Source: Megasphaera elsdenii DSM 20460
GTDB taxonomy: Bacteria > Bacillota > Negativicutes > Veillonellales > Megasphaeraceae
Assembly (NCBI RefSeq): GCF_003010495.1
Contig: NZ_CP027570.1
Span: forward strand, 1,410,001-1,442,000
Reading direction: 5' to 3'
Length of the DNA stretch: 32,000 nt
Shown: piece after piece, positions 14,873 through 23,724 of the stretch
Layout: each line of letters opens with the position of its first letter
How positions within the stretch are numbered: the stretch's first letter is position 1
Position numbers and translations under genes: made by a program
The notes under the pieces: model-generated
Databases searched by the model: none
What the model was told of the DNA's origin: nothing
What the model saw: the letters and a program-made list of their open reading frames with translations, nothing else

Positions 14873-15940
14873 ATGATAGAACAACGAATTGCCCGCCTGC
14901 GCGCTTTCCTGCAAGAACACGATGCAGACGGCGTCATTATCGTCCAGCCGGAAAATCTGCGTTATTTCAGTGCCTTTACAGGCGGTGAAGGCGCACTGGT
15001 CATTGGACTGGATCAGGCTGTATTGTGGACTGATTCCCGTTATACGGAACAGGCTGCCAACCAGTCCGGAACCTGGTACGATATCAAAAACCACCACAAT
15101 GCCTTATCGTCATCCATCCGCTCGTCCTTGAACGACATGGAAATCGGCGTGGCAGGTTATGAAGAAAATTTCCTGACTCATTTCATGTACGAAAATATTT
15201 CCGATGGAGCTTTATGCGGCTTCCTGCCCTGTGATTTGACCAGTCTGCGGGCTGTGAAGGAACCGTATGAGCTGAAGGCGACGCGCAAGGCCAGCAATAT
15301 TGCCGACCGGGCCTTTGCCGATTTATTGCCGTACATCAAGCCTGGCGTCACGGAAAAGGAACTGGCTGCCCGCCTGGAAAGCAATATGCTGCTTCTCGGG
15401 TCGGAAGAAAAGTCCTTTACGACTATCGTCGCCTCAGGCAGGCGTTCGGCCATGCCTCACGGTACGGCCAGCCCGAAAGTCATCGAAGCCGGTGATTTTG
15501 TTACCTTCGATTTCGGTGCTGTCTGGGAAGGCTACCATTCGGACATCACCCGGACTGTCGTCGTCGGCAAGGCGTCGCAGACCCAGAAGGATTTCTATAA
15601 TCTCATCCTGGAAGGGCAGAAGCTGGGCGTATCCCTCGTCAAGGCCGGCGTTTCCCGCCGCGAAGTCGATTTTGCCGTGCGCAATTACTTCGCCCGCTAT
15701 CACGTCAGCCAGTATTTCACTCATTCCCTGGGCCACGGTACGGGCCTGGAAATCCATGAACAACCGGTCCTGTCGCCGAAATCGACAGGCGTACTCGAAG
15801 AGAATATGATAGTCACGGTAGAACCGGGACTGTACATAGAAGGCAAGTTCGGCGTCCGCATTGAGGATTCCGTTGCCGTTACAGCCAACGGCTGTGAAAT
15901 TTTAACCAAAACACCCAAAGAATTGATGGAGCTGTTATAG
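14873..15940 (+). CDS. M24-family Xaa-Pro aminopeptidase/dipeptidase
   Basis: Metal-ligand blocks [36 protein letters not shown]...RIED; classical position upstream of efp. Confidence 0.85.
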   Translation: MIEQRIARLRAFLQEHDADGVIIVQPENLRYFSAFTGGEGALVIGLDQAVLWTDSRYTEQAANQSGTWYDIKNHHNALSSSIRSSLNDMEIGVAGYEENFLTHFMYENISDGALCGFLPCDLTSLRAVKEPYELKATRKASNIADRAFADLLPYIKPGVTEKELAARLESNMLLLGSEEKSFTTIVASGRRSAMPHGTASPKVIEAGDFVTFDFGAVWEGYHSDITRTVVVGKASQTQKDFYNLILEGQKLGVSLVKAGVSRREVDFAVRNYFARYHVSQYFTHSLGHGTGLEIHEQPVLSPKSTGVLEENMIVTVEPGLYIEGKFGVRIEDSVAVTANGCEILTKTPKELMELL

Positions 15941-15953
15941 GAGGAGTTTACAC

Positions 15954-16511
15954 ATGATTACAAGTAATGATTTCAGACCAGGCGTAACTATCGAAATCGA
16001 CGGCCAGGTATGGCAGGTCGTTGAATTCCAGCACGTAAAACCGGGCAAGGGCGCTGCTTTCGTCCGCGCTAAGATCAAGAACCTCGAAACGGGCGCTGTT
16101 GTCGAACGTACCTGGAATGCTGGCGAAAAAGTACAGGACGGCCACGTTGACCGCCGCCAGATGCAGTACCTCTATGAAAATGAAGGCATGTACTGTTTCA
16201 TGGATAACGAAACATACGAACAGATTGAATTGAACAAAGACAACCTCGGTGACGCTGTCCATTTCCTCAAAGAAGAAATGAACGTTTCCGTCATGATGTT
16301 CAAAGGCAAAGTCATCGGCATCGATCTCCCGGCTGCTGTTGAACTGAAAGTCGTTGAAACCGATCCGGGTGTCCGCGGTGATACAGCGACAGGCGGCAGC
16401 AAACCGGCCAAACTGGAAACGGGCTATGTCGTCAAAGTACCGCTCTTTATCAATGAAGGCGAAGTTCTCCAGATCGACACGAGAACCGGCCAGTATATCG
16501 GCAGAGCATAA
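15954..16511 (+). CDS. efp: Translation elongation factor P
   Basis: [10 protein letters not shown]...[20 protein letters not shown]...[18 protein letters not shown] is typical of EF-P. Confidence 0.95.
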   Translation: MITSNDFRPGVTIEIDGQVWQVVEFQHVKPGKGAAFVRAKIKNLETGAVVERTWNAGEKVQDGHVDRRQMQYLYENEGMYCFMDNETYEQIELNKDNLGDAVHFLKEEMNVSVMMFKGKVIGIDLPAAVELKVVETDPGVRGDTATGGSKPAKLETGYVVKVPLFINEGEVLQIDTRTGQYIGRA

Positions 16512-16520
16512 GGTATCCAA

Positions 16521-16552
16521 GGGGCTTCGCACGTGCGACAGCCCCTTTTGTG
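16521..16552 (+). terminator. Hairpin related to the conserved cassette (ggggcttcgca-cg-tgcgacagcccc + ttttg) between efp and asp23
   Basis: Stem with one bulge and a short T-run; could be a partial terminator or attenuator inside the gene string. Confidence 0.5.
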
Positions 16553-16571
16553 GACTAAAGGGGTGATTCCC

Positions 16572-16940
16572 ATGGAAACAACTGAAGTGAATGAATGGGG
16601 AAGTATCCATATTTCCCAGCGCGTCATTGCATCCATTGCGGCCCTGACCGCGGCCAAAGCGGCTTATGTCGCCGACTTGGGAATGAATATTGCCGAAGCG
16701 GCGGCCGAGAAATTAGGACGTACCCTGCCGGGGCGCGGCGTCGATGTCACCATCGAGGGCCAGCGCATCGAGCTGACGGTCCGCCTGGTCATCCGCTATG
16801 GCTGCCGTATTCCCGACGTAGCCCTGGAAGTGCAGAAGTCCGTCAAGGATGCCGTCGAAAAGGCGACGGCCTGCACGGTTACGGCGGTCCACATCATTGT
16901 ACAGCAGTTGGTTTTCGAGGAGGATCGTCACGATGGATGA
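16572..16940 (+). CDS. Asp23/Gls24-family stress protein
   Basis: ISQRVIASIAALTAAK...V.V.I..YG..I..VA..VQ..V pattern; start moved to the ATG at 16572 after RBS aaaggggtga. Confidence 0.75.
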   Translation: METTEVNEWGSIHISQRVIASIAALTAAKAAYVADLGMNIAEAAAEKLGRTLPGRGVDVTIEGQRIELTVRLVIRYGCRIPDVALEVQKSVKDAVEKATACTVTAVHIIVQQLVFEEDRHDG

Positions 16941-17229
16941 AGAACAGGATTTTGCCTATGCCGTCAGTGAAAAGGCCCTGCGCCATATCGCCGAGACGGC
17001 CGGCCGCGAGGTGCCGGGCGTCGTCGCCATCCGCAGCCGCAGCGTATCGGTCGCAGGCGGTATCGTCCGTGTCCATCTGGCTGTCCGTGCCCGTTATGGC
17101 GGAGATTTGCACCATCTGGCCTTAGCTGTCCAGCAGCGGGCAGCCGCTGTGATTGAAGAGATGGCTGAACCGGAGGGACTCGATATTTCCGTCACCATTG
17201 AAGACCTGGCCTTTCCGCCAGCTGAATAA
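16933..17229 (+). CDS. Second, shorter Asp23/Gls24-like protein
   Basis: VSEKALRHIAETAGREVPGV...HLAVRARYGGDLHHLALAVQQRAAAVIEEM; ATGGATGA overlap with the preceding gene. Confidence 0.6.
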   Translation: MDEEQDFAYAVSEKALRHIAETAGREVPGVVAIRSRSVSVAGGIVRVHLAVRARYGGDLHHLALAVQQRAAAVIEEMAEPEGLDISVTIEDLAFPPAE

Positions 17230-17252
17230 GTTATGAACACAGGAGGAAACTC

Positions 17253-17699
17253 GTGAGCAGACATAAAGCGCGCCAGCAGGCGCTCGAACTTTTATATTCC
17301 CGTGAATTTCACGGAGAAAACGATATCCAGTACAGCGAACAGGAAATCCTGGAAAACGATTACGTCACGACCGATACCTTGACCGAAGACGGTCCGGAAC
17401 TGAGTGACCAGGAACGCGATGCCTATTGCACGTATCTCGTCGAAACGACGACGGAACACCGCGATGAACTGGATGACATCATCCGCTCCTTTGCCAAGGG
17501 CTGGGACATCGAACGGATGAACCGCACGGACCGCAACATCCTGCGCCTGGCCTTGTGCGAACTCGTGTACCCGAAAGAAACGCTGGCACCGTCCATCGTC
17601 CTCAACGAAGCCGTCATCCTGGCCAAGGAATTTAGCGGCGATAAATCGGCACGGTTCGTCAATGGCATCTTGGGTGCCTATGTAAGGTCGAAGGCCTGA
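17253..17699 (+). CDS. nusB: Transcription antitermination factor NusB
   Basis: RHKARQQALELLY..., DRNILRLALCEL, NEAVILAKEF, FVNGILG blocks; GTG start after aggagga. Confidence 0.9.
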   Translation: MSRHKARQQALELLYSREFHGENDIQYSEQEILENDYVTTDTLTEDGPELSDQERDAYCTYLVETTTEHRDELDDIIRSFAKGWDIERMNRTDRNILRLALCELVYPKETLAPSIVLNEAVILAKEFSGDKSARFVNGILGAYVRSKA

Positions 17700-18652
17700 T
17701 GGACGTCTTTCTCGGCATCGATACGAGTTGTTACACGACGTCCCTATGCCTCGTCGATGACGCTTATGAAGTCGTCGCCGACGAACGCATCATCCTGAGC
17801 GTCGCAAAGGGCGGCCGTGGCCTGTCCCAGTCCAACATGGTCTATCAGCATACGCGGAATCTGCCGGTTCTCTTTGAACGGCTGGCAGGCATCCTGTCTC
17901 GTGCTCATATCCGGGCCATTGCCGTGACCGACCAGCCACGGCGCCGTGATGATTCCTATATGCCGGCTTTTTTGGCCGGTCTCGGTTATGCCCGGGCCCT
18001 GGCAGCCGTCTTAGGCGTCCCTTTATACCGCCTGAGCCATCAGGAAAATCATCTTCTCGCCGTCCTGCGCAGCCTGGGCCATATCGGTACGGATCCTTTT
18101 TACGGCATCCACTTGTCCGGCGGGACGACGGACCTGCTGCGGGCCGTCCCGGATGAACGGGGCCTCGACATCACCCGCATCGGCGGTACCAGCGATATCA
18201 GTGCCGGCCAGTTCATCGACCGCATGGGCGTGGCCCTGGACCTGCCGTTTCCGGCGGGCATCCATGTCGATAAGCTGGCTCAGACGGTAAATCCGCCTGT
18301 CAAAGGAGCCCATGTCTTCTGCCGCGATGGCCAGGTCAGCTTTTCCGGGCCGGAATCGCAGGGACAGCGGCTCGTGGCTTCCGGCGGGGAAGACCCGGCC
18401 CGCCTTTGCAGCTGGACACTGTCGACGGTCTGGCGCGGCCTGGAGAGCCTCCTCGATTACGCGGCAGCCGATGGCATGAAACATCTCGTCGCTGCCGGCG
18501 GCGTCATGTCCAACGCCTATTTGCGCCATCAGATGAGCGATTATTGCCGCTGCCATGGCATACGCCTGGATCTGGCTGCCGATGGCTTCAGCGCCGATAA
18601 TGCCTCGGGCGCAGCCTTCTGGGCTGCCGTACAGGAAGGGAAGAAATCATGA
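17699..18652 (+). CDS. Divergent Kae1/TsaD (glycoprotease, M22) family protein
   Basis: GIDTSCYTTS N-terminal ASKHA motif and HQENH in the place of the TsaD HxEGH metal site; 1-nt overlap (TGATG) with nusB. Confidence 0.65.
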   Translation: MDVFLGIDTSCYTTSLCLVDDAYEVVADERIILSVAKGGRGLSQSNMVYQHTRNLPVLFERLAGILSRAHIRAIAVTDQPRRRDDSYMPAFLAGLGYARALAAVLGVPLYRLSHQENHLLAVLRSLGHIGTDPFYGIHLSGGTTDLLRAVPDERGLDITRIGGTSDISAGQFIDRMGVALDLPFPAGIHVDKLAQTVNPPVKGAHVFCRDGQVSFSGPESQGQRLVASGGEDPARLCSWTLSTVWRGLESLLDYAAADGMKHLVAAGGVMSNAYLRHQMSDYCRCHGIRLDLAADGFSADNASGAAFWAAVQEGKKS

Positions 18653-19857
18653 AATATGCATCGGTTACGGACGTCGTCCGCCGCATCAAAGAGGATATCC
18701 ACGGTGATTACCGCCTGCAGAGCCTTGCCATGGAAGGGAATATCATCGGCCTCAAGCGGGCGTCGAACGGCCATTATTATATGAATATCCGCGATGATCA
18801 GTGTTCCATCCGGGCCATTGTGTTCCGCAGCCGCGTGACGGCAGCGGTCCGGGCGGTCCGCGAAGGGGACCATGTCGTCGTCATCGGCGCCGTCAATGTC
18901 TATGAAAAAGGCGGCGCCCTTTCCTTTATCATTGAACAGCTCTTTTCTCAGGGTACCGGGTCCTTGCAGGCCCAGTACGAACGCATCAAGAATGAACTGG
19001 CCGCCCAGGGTTATTTCGACAGCAGCCACAAGAAGGAGCTGCCGCGGTTCCCCTGGCGCGTCGGCGTCCTGACGTCGAAGACGGGGGCCGTACTCCACGA
19101 CATCTATAAGATTGCCGGCGAACGCAATCCCTATGCCGACATCGTCCTCCATCCCATCCCCGTCCAGGGCGACGGCGTCGATACGGCCATTGCCGCTGCC
19201 ATCGAAGCGATGGGCCGGCGCAAGGACCTGGACGTCCTCATCGTCGGCCGCGGTGGCGGTTCCATGGAGGATTTGTGGTGCTTCAACAGCCCGGCCGTGG
19301 TCAAGGCCATTTATGGCGCTAAGGTGCCGGTCATTACGGCTATCGGTCATGAAACGGACACGACCCTGGCTGACTACGCAGCCGATGTGCGGGCGGCGAC
19401 GCCGACCCATGCGGCGGAAATGGCTTTCTTCGATGTCCGTGAAGCGGAACTGGACCTGGCTGCCCTGGCAGACCGGGCTTATGAACGGGTCATGGCCTGC
19501 ATCGAAGACCGCCAGCGACTGGTCGAACAGGCGGCAGGCCGGCTCAACTTGAAGCACTATGATGCTTTCCTGGCGATGAAAGAAACCCATCTGTCGGGCC
19601 TGATGCAACAGGCGGACCGGCAGCTGCAGCTCCAGTTAGAACAGAAACAGGGAAAGCTGAATACCCTGACGGCGTCTTTGCAGGCCCTGAATCCGGCAGC
19701 CCTCGTGCGCCGCGGATACGGCCAGCTCATGCAGCAGGGCAAGATCCTTACAGATATCCACAGCGTGTCGCAAGATTCGCCGCTGACGATACAAGTCGTC
19801 GACGGGACGATTACGACGGCTGTTAAAGAGGTGGACATATATGGCAAGAACGACTGA
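18649..19857 (+). CDS. xseA: Exodeoxyribonuclease VII large subunit
   Basis: N-terminal OB-fold region and VGRGGGSMEDLWCFN motif; ATGA overlap with the upstream gene. Confidence 0.9.
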   Translation: MKYASVTDVVRRIKEDIHGDYRLQSLAMEGNIIGLKRASNGHYYMNIRDDQCSIRAIVFRSRVTAAVRAVREGDHVVVIGAVNVYEKGGALSFIIEQLFSQGTGSLQAQYERIKNELAAQGYFDSSHKKELPRFPWRVGVLTSKTGAVLHDIYKIAGERNPYADIVLHPIPVQGDGVDTAIAAAIEAMGRRKDLDVLIVGRGGGSMEDLWCFNSPAVVKAIYGAKVPVITAIGHETDTTLADYAADVRAATPTHAAEMAFFDVREAELDLAALADRAYERVMACIEDRQRLVEQAAGRLNLKHYDAFLAMKETHLSGLMQQADRQLQLQLEQKQGKLNTLTASLQALNPAALVRRGYGQLMQQGKILTDIHSVSQDSPLTIQVVDGTITTAVKEVDIYGKND

Positions 19858-20095
19858 TAAATTGAAGAGTTTTGAAAGCAATTATGAAAAATTGGAACAG
19901 CTCGTACAGGAACTGGATGCTCCAGACCTGACGCTGAAGCAGTCCCTCGATTTATATGAAAAGGCCATCAAATTATCCCAGTCCTGCGAAGGAGCCCTGG
20001 AATATGCCCGCCAGAAAGCGCAGGCCCTGGCCGACGTCCGGGACGATAAGGATGATAGCGGCGAAGAACCGATCGAAGGGGTGCTGGACTTATGA
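19841..20095 (+). CDS. xseB: Exodeoxyribonuclease VII small subunit
   Basis: 84 aa with FESNYEKLEQLVQELD...LDLYEKAIKLSQSC pattern, overlapping the xseA 3' end. Confidence 0.85.
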   Translation: MARTTDKLKSFESNYEKLEQLVQELDAPDLTLKQSLDLYEKAIKLSQSCEGALEYARQKAQALADVRDDKDDSGEEPIEGVLDL

Positions 20096-20976
20096 CTTTC
20101 CAAGATTATCTGGCAGCGCAGCGGAAACGCGTCGATGATTACCTGGCCCAGGTATTGACGACAGAACAGCCGCGTTTTTCCAAGCTTTACGAAGCTATGA
20201 ACTACAGCCTCCTGGCCGGCGGTAAGCGCATCCGTCCGATCCTCCTGCTAGCGACAGTAGAAGCCCTGGGGCAGGATGCCGCACCTTATACGGGGCTGGC
20301 CTGTGCCCTGGAATGTATCCATACGTATTCGCTGATCCACGACGACCTGCCCTGCATGGATGATGACGATCTGCGCCGGGGCAAGCCGACGAATCATGTT
20401 GTCTACGGGGCGGGTCTGGCGACCCTGGCCGGTGACGGCCTGCTGACCTTTGCCTTCGAGCTCATGGCCAGCCAGAAAGGCATTGCACCGGATAAATTGA
20501 ACCGCTGTATCGCCGTCATCGCAAAAGCGGCCGGCCCGGCCGGCATGGTCGGCGGCCAGGCTTTCGATTTGGCATCTGACGGAGACATGGCCATCGGTCG
20601 GGAGGGTATGGAACTCCTGCACCGTTCCAAGACAGGCGTCATCTTCAAGGCCGCTATCGATATGGCCGCTATCGTTACCGAGGCTTCGCCGCAGCAAAAG
20701 CAGGCTTTGGATGCCTATGCATCGTACATGGGCCTGACCTTCCAGATTACCGACGATATCCTCGATGTCGTCGGCGACGAAGCCCTGCTGGGCAAACCCG
20801 TCGGCAGCGATGCCCGCAACGACAAGGCCACGTATGTGACTATCTTTTCCCTGGACGAAGCCCGGCGCATGGCCTGTGAAGCGGCAGATAAAGCCGTCCA
20901 GGCCCTGGAACCGTTAGGGCCGAAAGCCTGTTTCCTCAAGGAATTGGTCGAGCATCTGCTGGTTCGCGTTCATTAG
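20092..20976 (+). CDS. ispA: (2E,6E)-farnesyl diphosphate synthase (polyprenyl synthetase family)
   Basis: First Asp-rich motif HDDLPCMDDDDLRRG and second FQITDDILD. Confidence 0.9.
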   Translation: MTFQDYLAAQRKRVDDYLAQVLTTEQPRFSKLYEAMNYSLLAGGKRIRPILLLATVEALGQDAAPYTGLACALECIHTYSLIHDDLPCMDDDDLRRGKPTNHVVYGAGLATLAGDGLLTFAFELMASQKGIAPDKLNRCIAVIAKAAGPAGMVGGQAFDLASDGDMAIGREGMELLHRSKTGVIFKAAIDMAAIVTEASPQQKQALDAYASYMGLTFQITDDILDVVGDEALLGKPVGSDARNDKATYVTIFSLDEARRMACEAADKAVQALEPLGPKACFLKELVEHLLVRVH

Positions 20977-20997
20977 TGTGAGAGGGGTATTACATTT

Positions 20998-21801
20998 ATG
21001 CAGCATAAAGAAAGATTAGACGTGCTTCTCGTCAGCCGCGGCTTGTCTGAGAGCCGGGAAAAGGCCAAGGCGACCATCATGGCCGGCTTGGTCTTCGTTG
21101 ACAATCAGCGCGTCGATAAGGCGGGTACGAAGCTGCCCGTCGATGTAGAAATCACGGTCAAAGGGAATCCGATCCCTTATGTCGGCCGGGGCGGCCTGAA
21201 ATTAGAAAAAGCCATGGAAACGTTTCCCATCGATTTGACGGGCAAGACTATGATGGATATCGGCGCCTCGACAGGCGGTTTTACGGACTGCGCCCTCCAG
21301 CGCGGGGCGGCCAAGGTCTTTGCCGTCGATGTCGGCTATGGCCAGCTGGCCTGGAAGCTGCGGACCGATGACCGCGTCGTCAATATGGAACGGACCAATA
21401 TCCGCAACGTCACCGTCGCAGATATCGGCGAACCTGTCGATTTCATTTCCATTGACGTATCCTTCATTTCCCTGCTGAAAATCATGCCGGCTGTGGAACC
21501 GCTGCTCAAAGAAGGCGGTACCATGGTCACTCTCATCAAGCCTCAGTTCGAAGCGGGCCGGGAACACGTCGGTAAAGGCGGCATCGTCCGCGATATCCAG
21601 GTTCACCGCGACGTCATCCGCCACGTCACGGACGGCATCGCCGCCTGCGGTTTGTCGCCGCTGGGCCTGACCTTCTCGCCCATCAAAGGGGCTGATGGCA
21701 ATATAGAATATCTCTTGTACAGCCGTAAAGACAATCCCTGCCATAACGATATCACTGACGCCGTTGTCGATGACATCGTCGGTAAATCTCATGAAATGTA
21801 G
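20998..21801 (+). CDS. tlyA: TlyA-family rRNA 2'-O-methyltransferase
   Basis: N-terminal S4-like RLDVLLVSRGL..SREKAK and FtsJ-type SAM motif DIGASTGGFTD. Confidence 0.88.
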   Translation: MQHKERLDVLLVSRGLSESREKAKATIMAGLVFVDNQRVDKAGTKLPVDVEITVKGNPIPYVGRGGLKLEKAMETFPIDLTGKTMMDIGASTGGFTDCALQRGAAKVFAVDVGYGQLAWKLRTDDRVVNMERTNIRNVTVADIGEPVDFISIDVSFISLLKIMPAVEPLLKEGGTMVTLIKPQFEAGREHVGKGGIVRDIQVHRDVIRHVTDGIAACGLSPLGLTFSPIKGADGNIEYLLYSRKDNPCHNDITDAVVDDIVGKSHEM

Positions 21802-21810
21802 GTGATCCCC

Positions 21811-22683
21811 ATGCGTATCGGTATTTTCCCGAACCTCGTCAAACGCGAAAGTGCTGCCATCGTCCAGCAGATGATCAAAATTTGCGAAAAATATGGCATT
21901 GAATACTATCTGCCGGCTTATGTCAGCGAGAGCCGCCAGCCGGCCTATCAGCGCATCGGCGCTGAACACCTGCGCCCACGCATGACGATTTACAGCACCA
22001 TCGACGTAGCCATGGTCCTCGGCGGCGACGGGACCATTCTCAAGATGGCCAAACAGTTTGCCGAAGCTGACATCCCGGTCTGCGGCATCAATCTCGGCTC
22101 TCTGGGCTTCCTTTACGAAGTCGAGACCAAGAACCTGGAAAAGCGCATGGAAGATATCCTGGCCGGCCGCTATTTCCTGGAAGAACGGATGATGCTCCAT
22201 TCGGAATTGTGCTATGAAGACGGACTGGTCCAGTCCCTGCCCGATGCCCTCAACGACATCGTCATCGGCCACGGCAATGTAGGTAAGCTCATCCGCATCG
22301 ATCTCAGCATCAACGGCCATTTCATCCAGCAGTATCCCGGCGATGGCCTCATCGTAGCGACGGCGACGGGGAGTACGGGCTATACCTTCTCCAGCGGCGG
22401 CCCTATCGTCGCGCCCAGCGTGCCCTGCATCATGGTCACGCCCATTTGCCCGCACTTGCTGCTCAAAGTACCCCTGGTCCTGCGCGATGACGACCAGGTA
22501 TCGGTGACGGTGGCCAACAGCCGCAACAGCGTCCGCGTCTCCGTCGACGGCATGATGGACCAGGAACTGATGCGCAATATGACCCTTCAGGTCCGCAAGT
22601 CCGACCACGTCCTCAAGATCATCCGCTTCAACAAGAACTATTTCTACAGCAATTTATTTACGAAAATGATGGGAAATGATTAA
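21811..22683 (+). CDS. nadK: NAD kinase
   Basis: GGDGT motif (VLGGDGTIL), NLGSLGFL, ATATGSTGY. The ATG at 21811 is preferred over the ORF-track GTG at 21802 because gtaggtga sits 5 nt upstream. Confidence 0.9.
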   Translation: MRIGIFPNLVKRESAAIVQQMIKICEKYGIEYYLPAYVSESRQPAYQRIGAEHLRPRMTIYSTIDVAMVLGGDGTILKMAKQFAEADIPVCGINLGSLGFLYEVETKNLEKRMEDILAGRYFLEERMMLHSELCYEDGLVQSLPDALNDIVIGHGNVGKLIRIDLSINGHFIQQYPGDGLIVATATGSTGYTFSSGGPIVAPSVPCIMVTPICPHLLLKVPLVLRDDDQVSVTVANSRNSVRVSVDGMMDQELMRNMTLQVRKSDHVLKIIRFNKNYFYSNLFTKMMGND

Positions 22684-23284
22684 TATGTATCCATTCCGCA
22701 ATGCCGTTACCGTCTCTCATATGATGATGGAACCCTATGCCCGCCAGGCTCATGTCCTCGTCGACATGACCTGCGGCAATGGCCATGATACGGCTTTCCT
22801 GGCCCGTCTCATGCCGGACGATGCCGTCCTCTACGCCTTTGATATCCAGCCCTGTGCCATTGACCATACGCAGCAGCGCCTGCAGCAGGAAGGGCTGGAC
22901 GGGAAGCACGTCGTCTGCACCTGCGGTTCTCACGACGAACTCCTGGCCCGGATACAGGAAAACGTGGATTTAATGGTATTCAATCTGGGCTATTTGCCGT
23001 CAGGCGACCATAAAATCCATACAAATTGTGAAATAACACTAAAAGCTATGAAAATAGGCTTGAATAAAATTGCGATAAATGGGATAATTATGATAGCAGC
23101 TTATCCCGGTACCGAAGCCGGGGCTCGCGAAGAACAAGCGCTGCGGTCGTATTTACAGACCATACCCCAGCAGGACTTCCATATTTCGTCCTGGCAGCCC
23201 GTCAATGAGGTGCATTGTCCACCCGTATTATATATTGTACAGAAAAGAGGGAAACGTCATCATGAAGAGATTCCGTTACACTAA
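22676..23284 (+). CDS. mnmM: YtqB/MnmM-family class I SAM-dependent methyltransferase (tRNA mnm5s2U34 methyltransferase family)
   Basis: VDMTCGNGHDTAFLA, YAFDIQ, FNLGYLPSGDH, PPVLYIVQK match my recollection of B. subtilis YtqB; the start could be the ATG at 22685. Confidence 0.75.
   Translation: MINMYPFRNAVTVSHMMMEPYARQAHVLVDMTCGNGHDTAFLARLMPDDAVLYAFDIQPCAIDHTQQRLQQEGLDGKHVVCTCGSHDELLARIQENVDLMVFNLGYLPSGDHKIHTNCEITLKAMKIGLNKIAINGIIMIAAYPGTEAGAREEQALRSYLQTIPQQDFHISSWQPVNEVHCPPVLYIVQKRGKRHHEEIPLH
23060..23088 (+). promoter_or_regulatory. Internal promoter candidate TTGAAT-17 nt-GATAAT inside mnmM, about 175 nt upstream of argR
   Basis: Lies in a 90-nt AT-rich patch (25 G/C counted in 23011-23100) within otherwise GC-rich coding sequence. 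Confidence 0.35.
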
Positions 23285-23717
23285 GATTAAAGAAATTGTC
23301 CAGTCCCGTCCCATCGAAACGCAGGAAGAATTAGCCAAGGCCTTGCAGGAAGAAGGCATCGAAGTCACACAGGCTACGGTTTCCCGCGACATTAAAGAAC
23401 TCATGCTCATCAAGGTTCCGACCAGTGACGGCCATTACCGCTATGCCTTGTCGCCGGAACAGAATATGCTCATGTCCAAGAACCGCATGGCCCGCCTGTT
23501 CCAGGACTCCATCGTCCGCGTCGATTCGGCGTATAACCAGATCATCGTCCACACCCTGCCCGGTTCGGCCAATCCCATTGCCGCCGCGATCGACCACGCC
23601 CGCTGGGAAAATGTCATCGGCACCCTGGCCGGCGATGATACGGTCCTCCTCATCGTCAAGGACACGGAAACGGTTCCGAAACTGGTCAAGCTTATCGTAT
23701 CGCTGATGAAGGAATGA
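23262..23717 (+). CDS. argR: Arginine repressor
   Basis: RYTKIKEIV....I.TQEEL...L...GI.VTQATVSRDIKEL winged-helix N-terminus and C-terminal GTLAGDDTVL; start moved to the ATG at 23262. Confidence 0.9.
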   Translation: MKRFRYTKIKEIVQSRPIETQEELAKALQEEGIEVTQATVSRDIKELMLIKVPTSDGHYRYALSPEQNMLMSKNRMARLFQDSIVRVDSAYNQIIVHTLPGSANPIAAAIDHARWENVIGTLAGDDTVLLIVKDTETVPKLVKLIVSLMKE

Positions 23718-23724
23718 GGCCCTT

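Noticed and set aside
20976-20998. Absence of dxs between ispA and tlyA as a possible deletion scar
   Set aside because: The 21-nt gap is clean, with an RBS for tlyA and no remnant sequence. ispA-tlyA-nadK-argR-recN adjacency without dxs is a plausible lineage-specific synteny, so there is no sequence evidence of a recent event.
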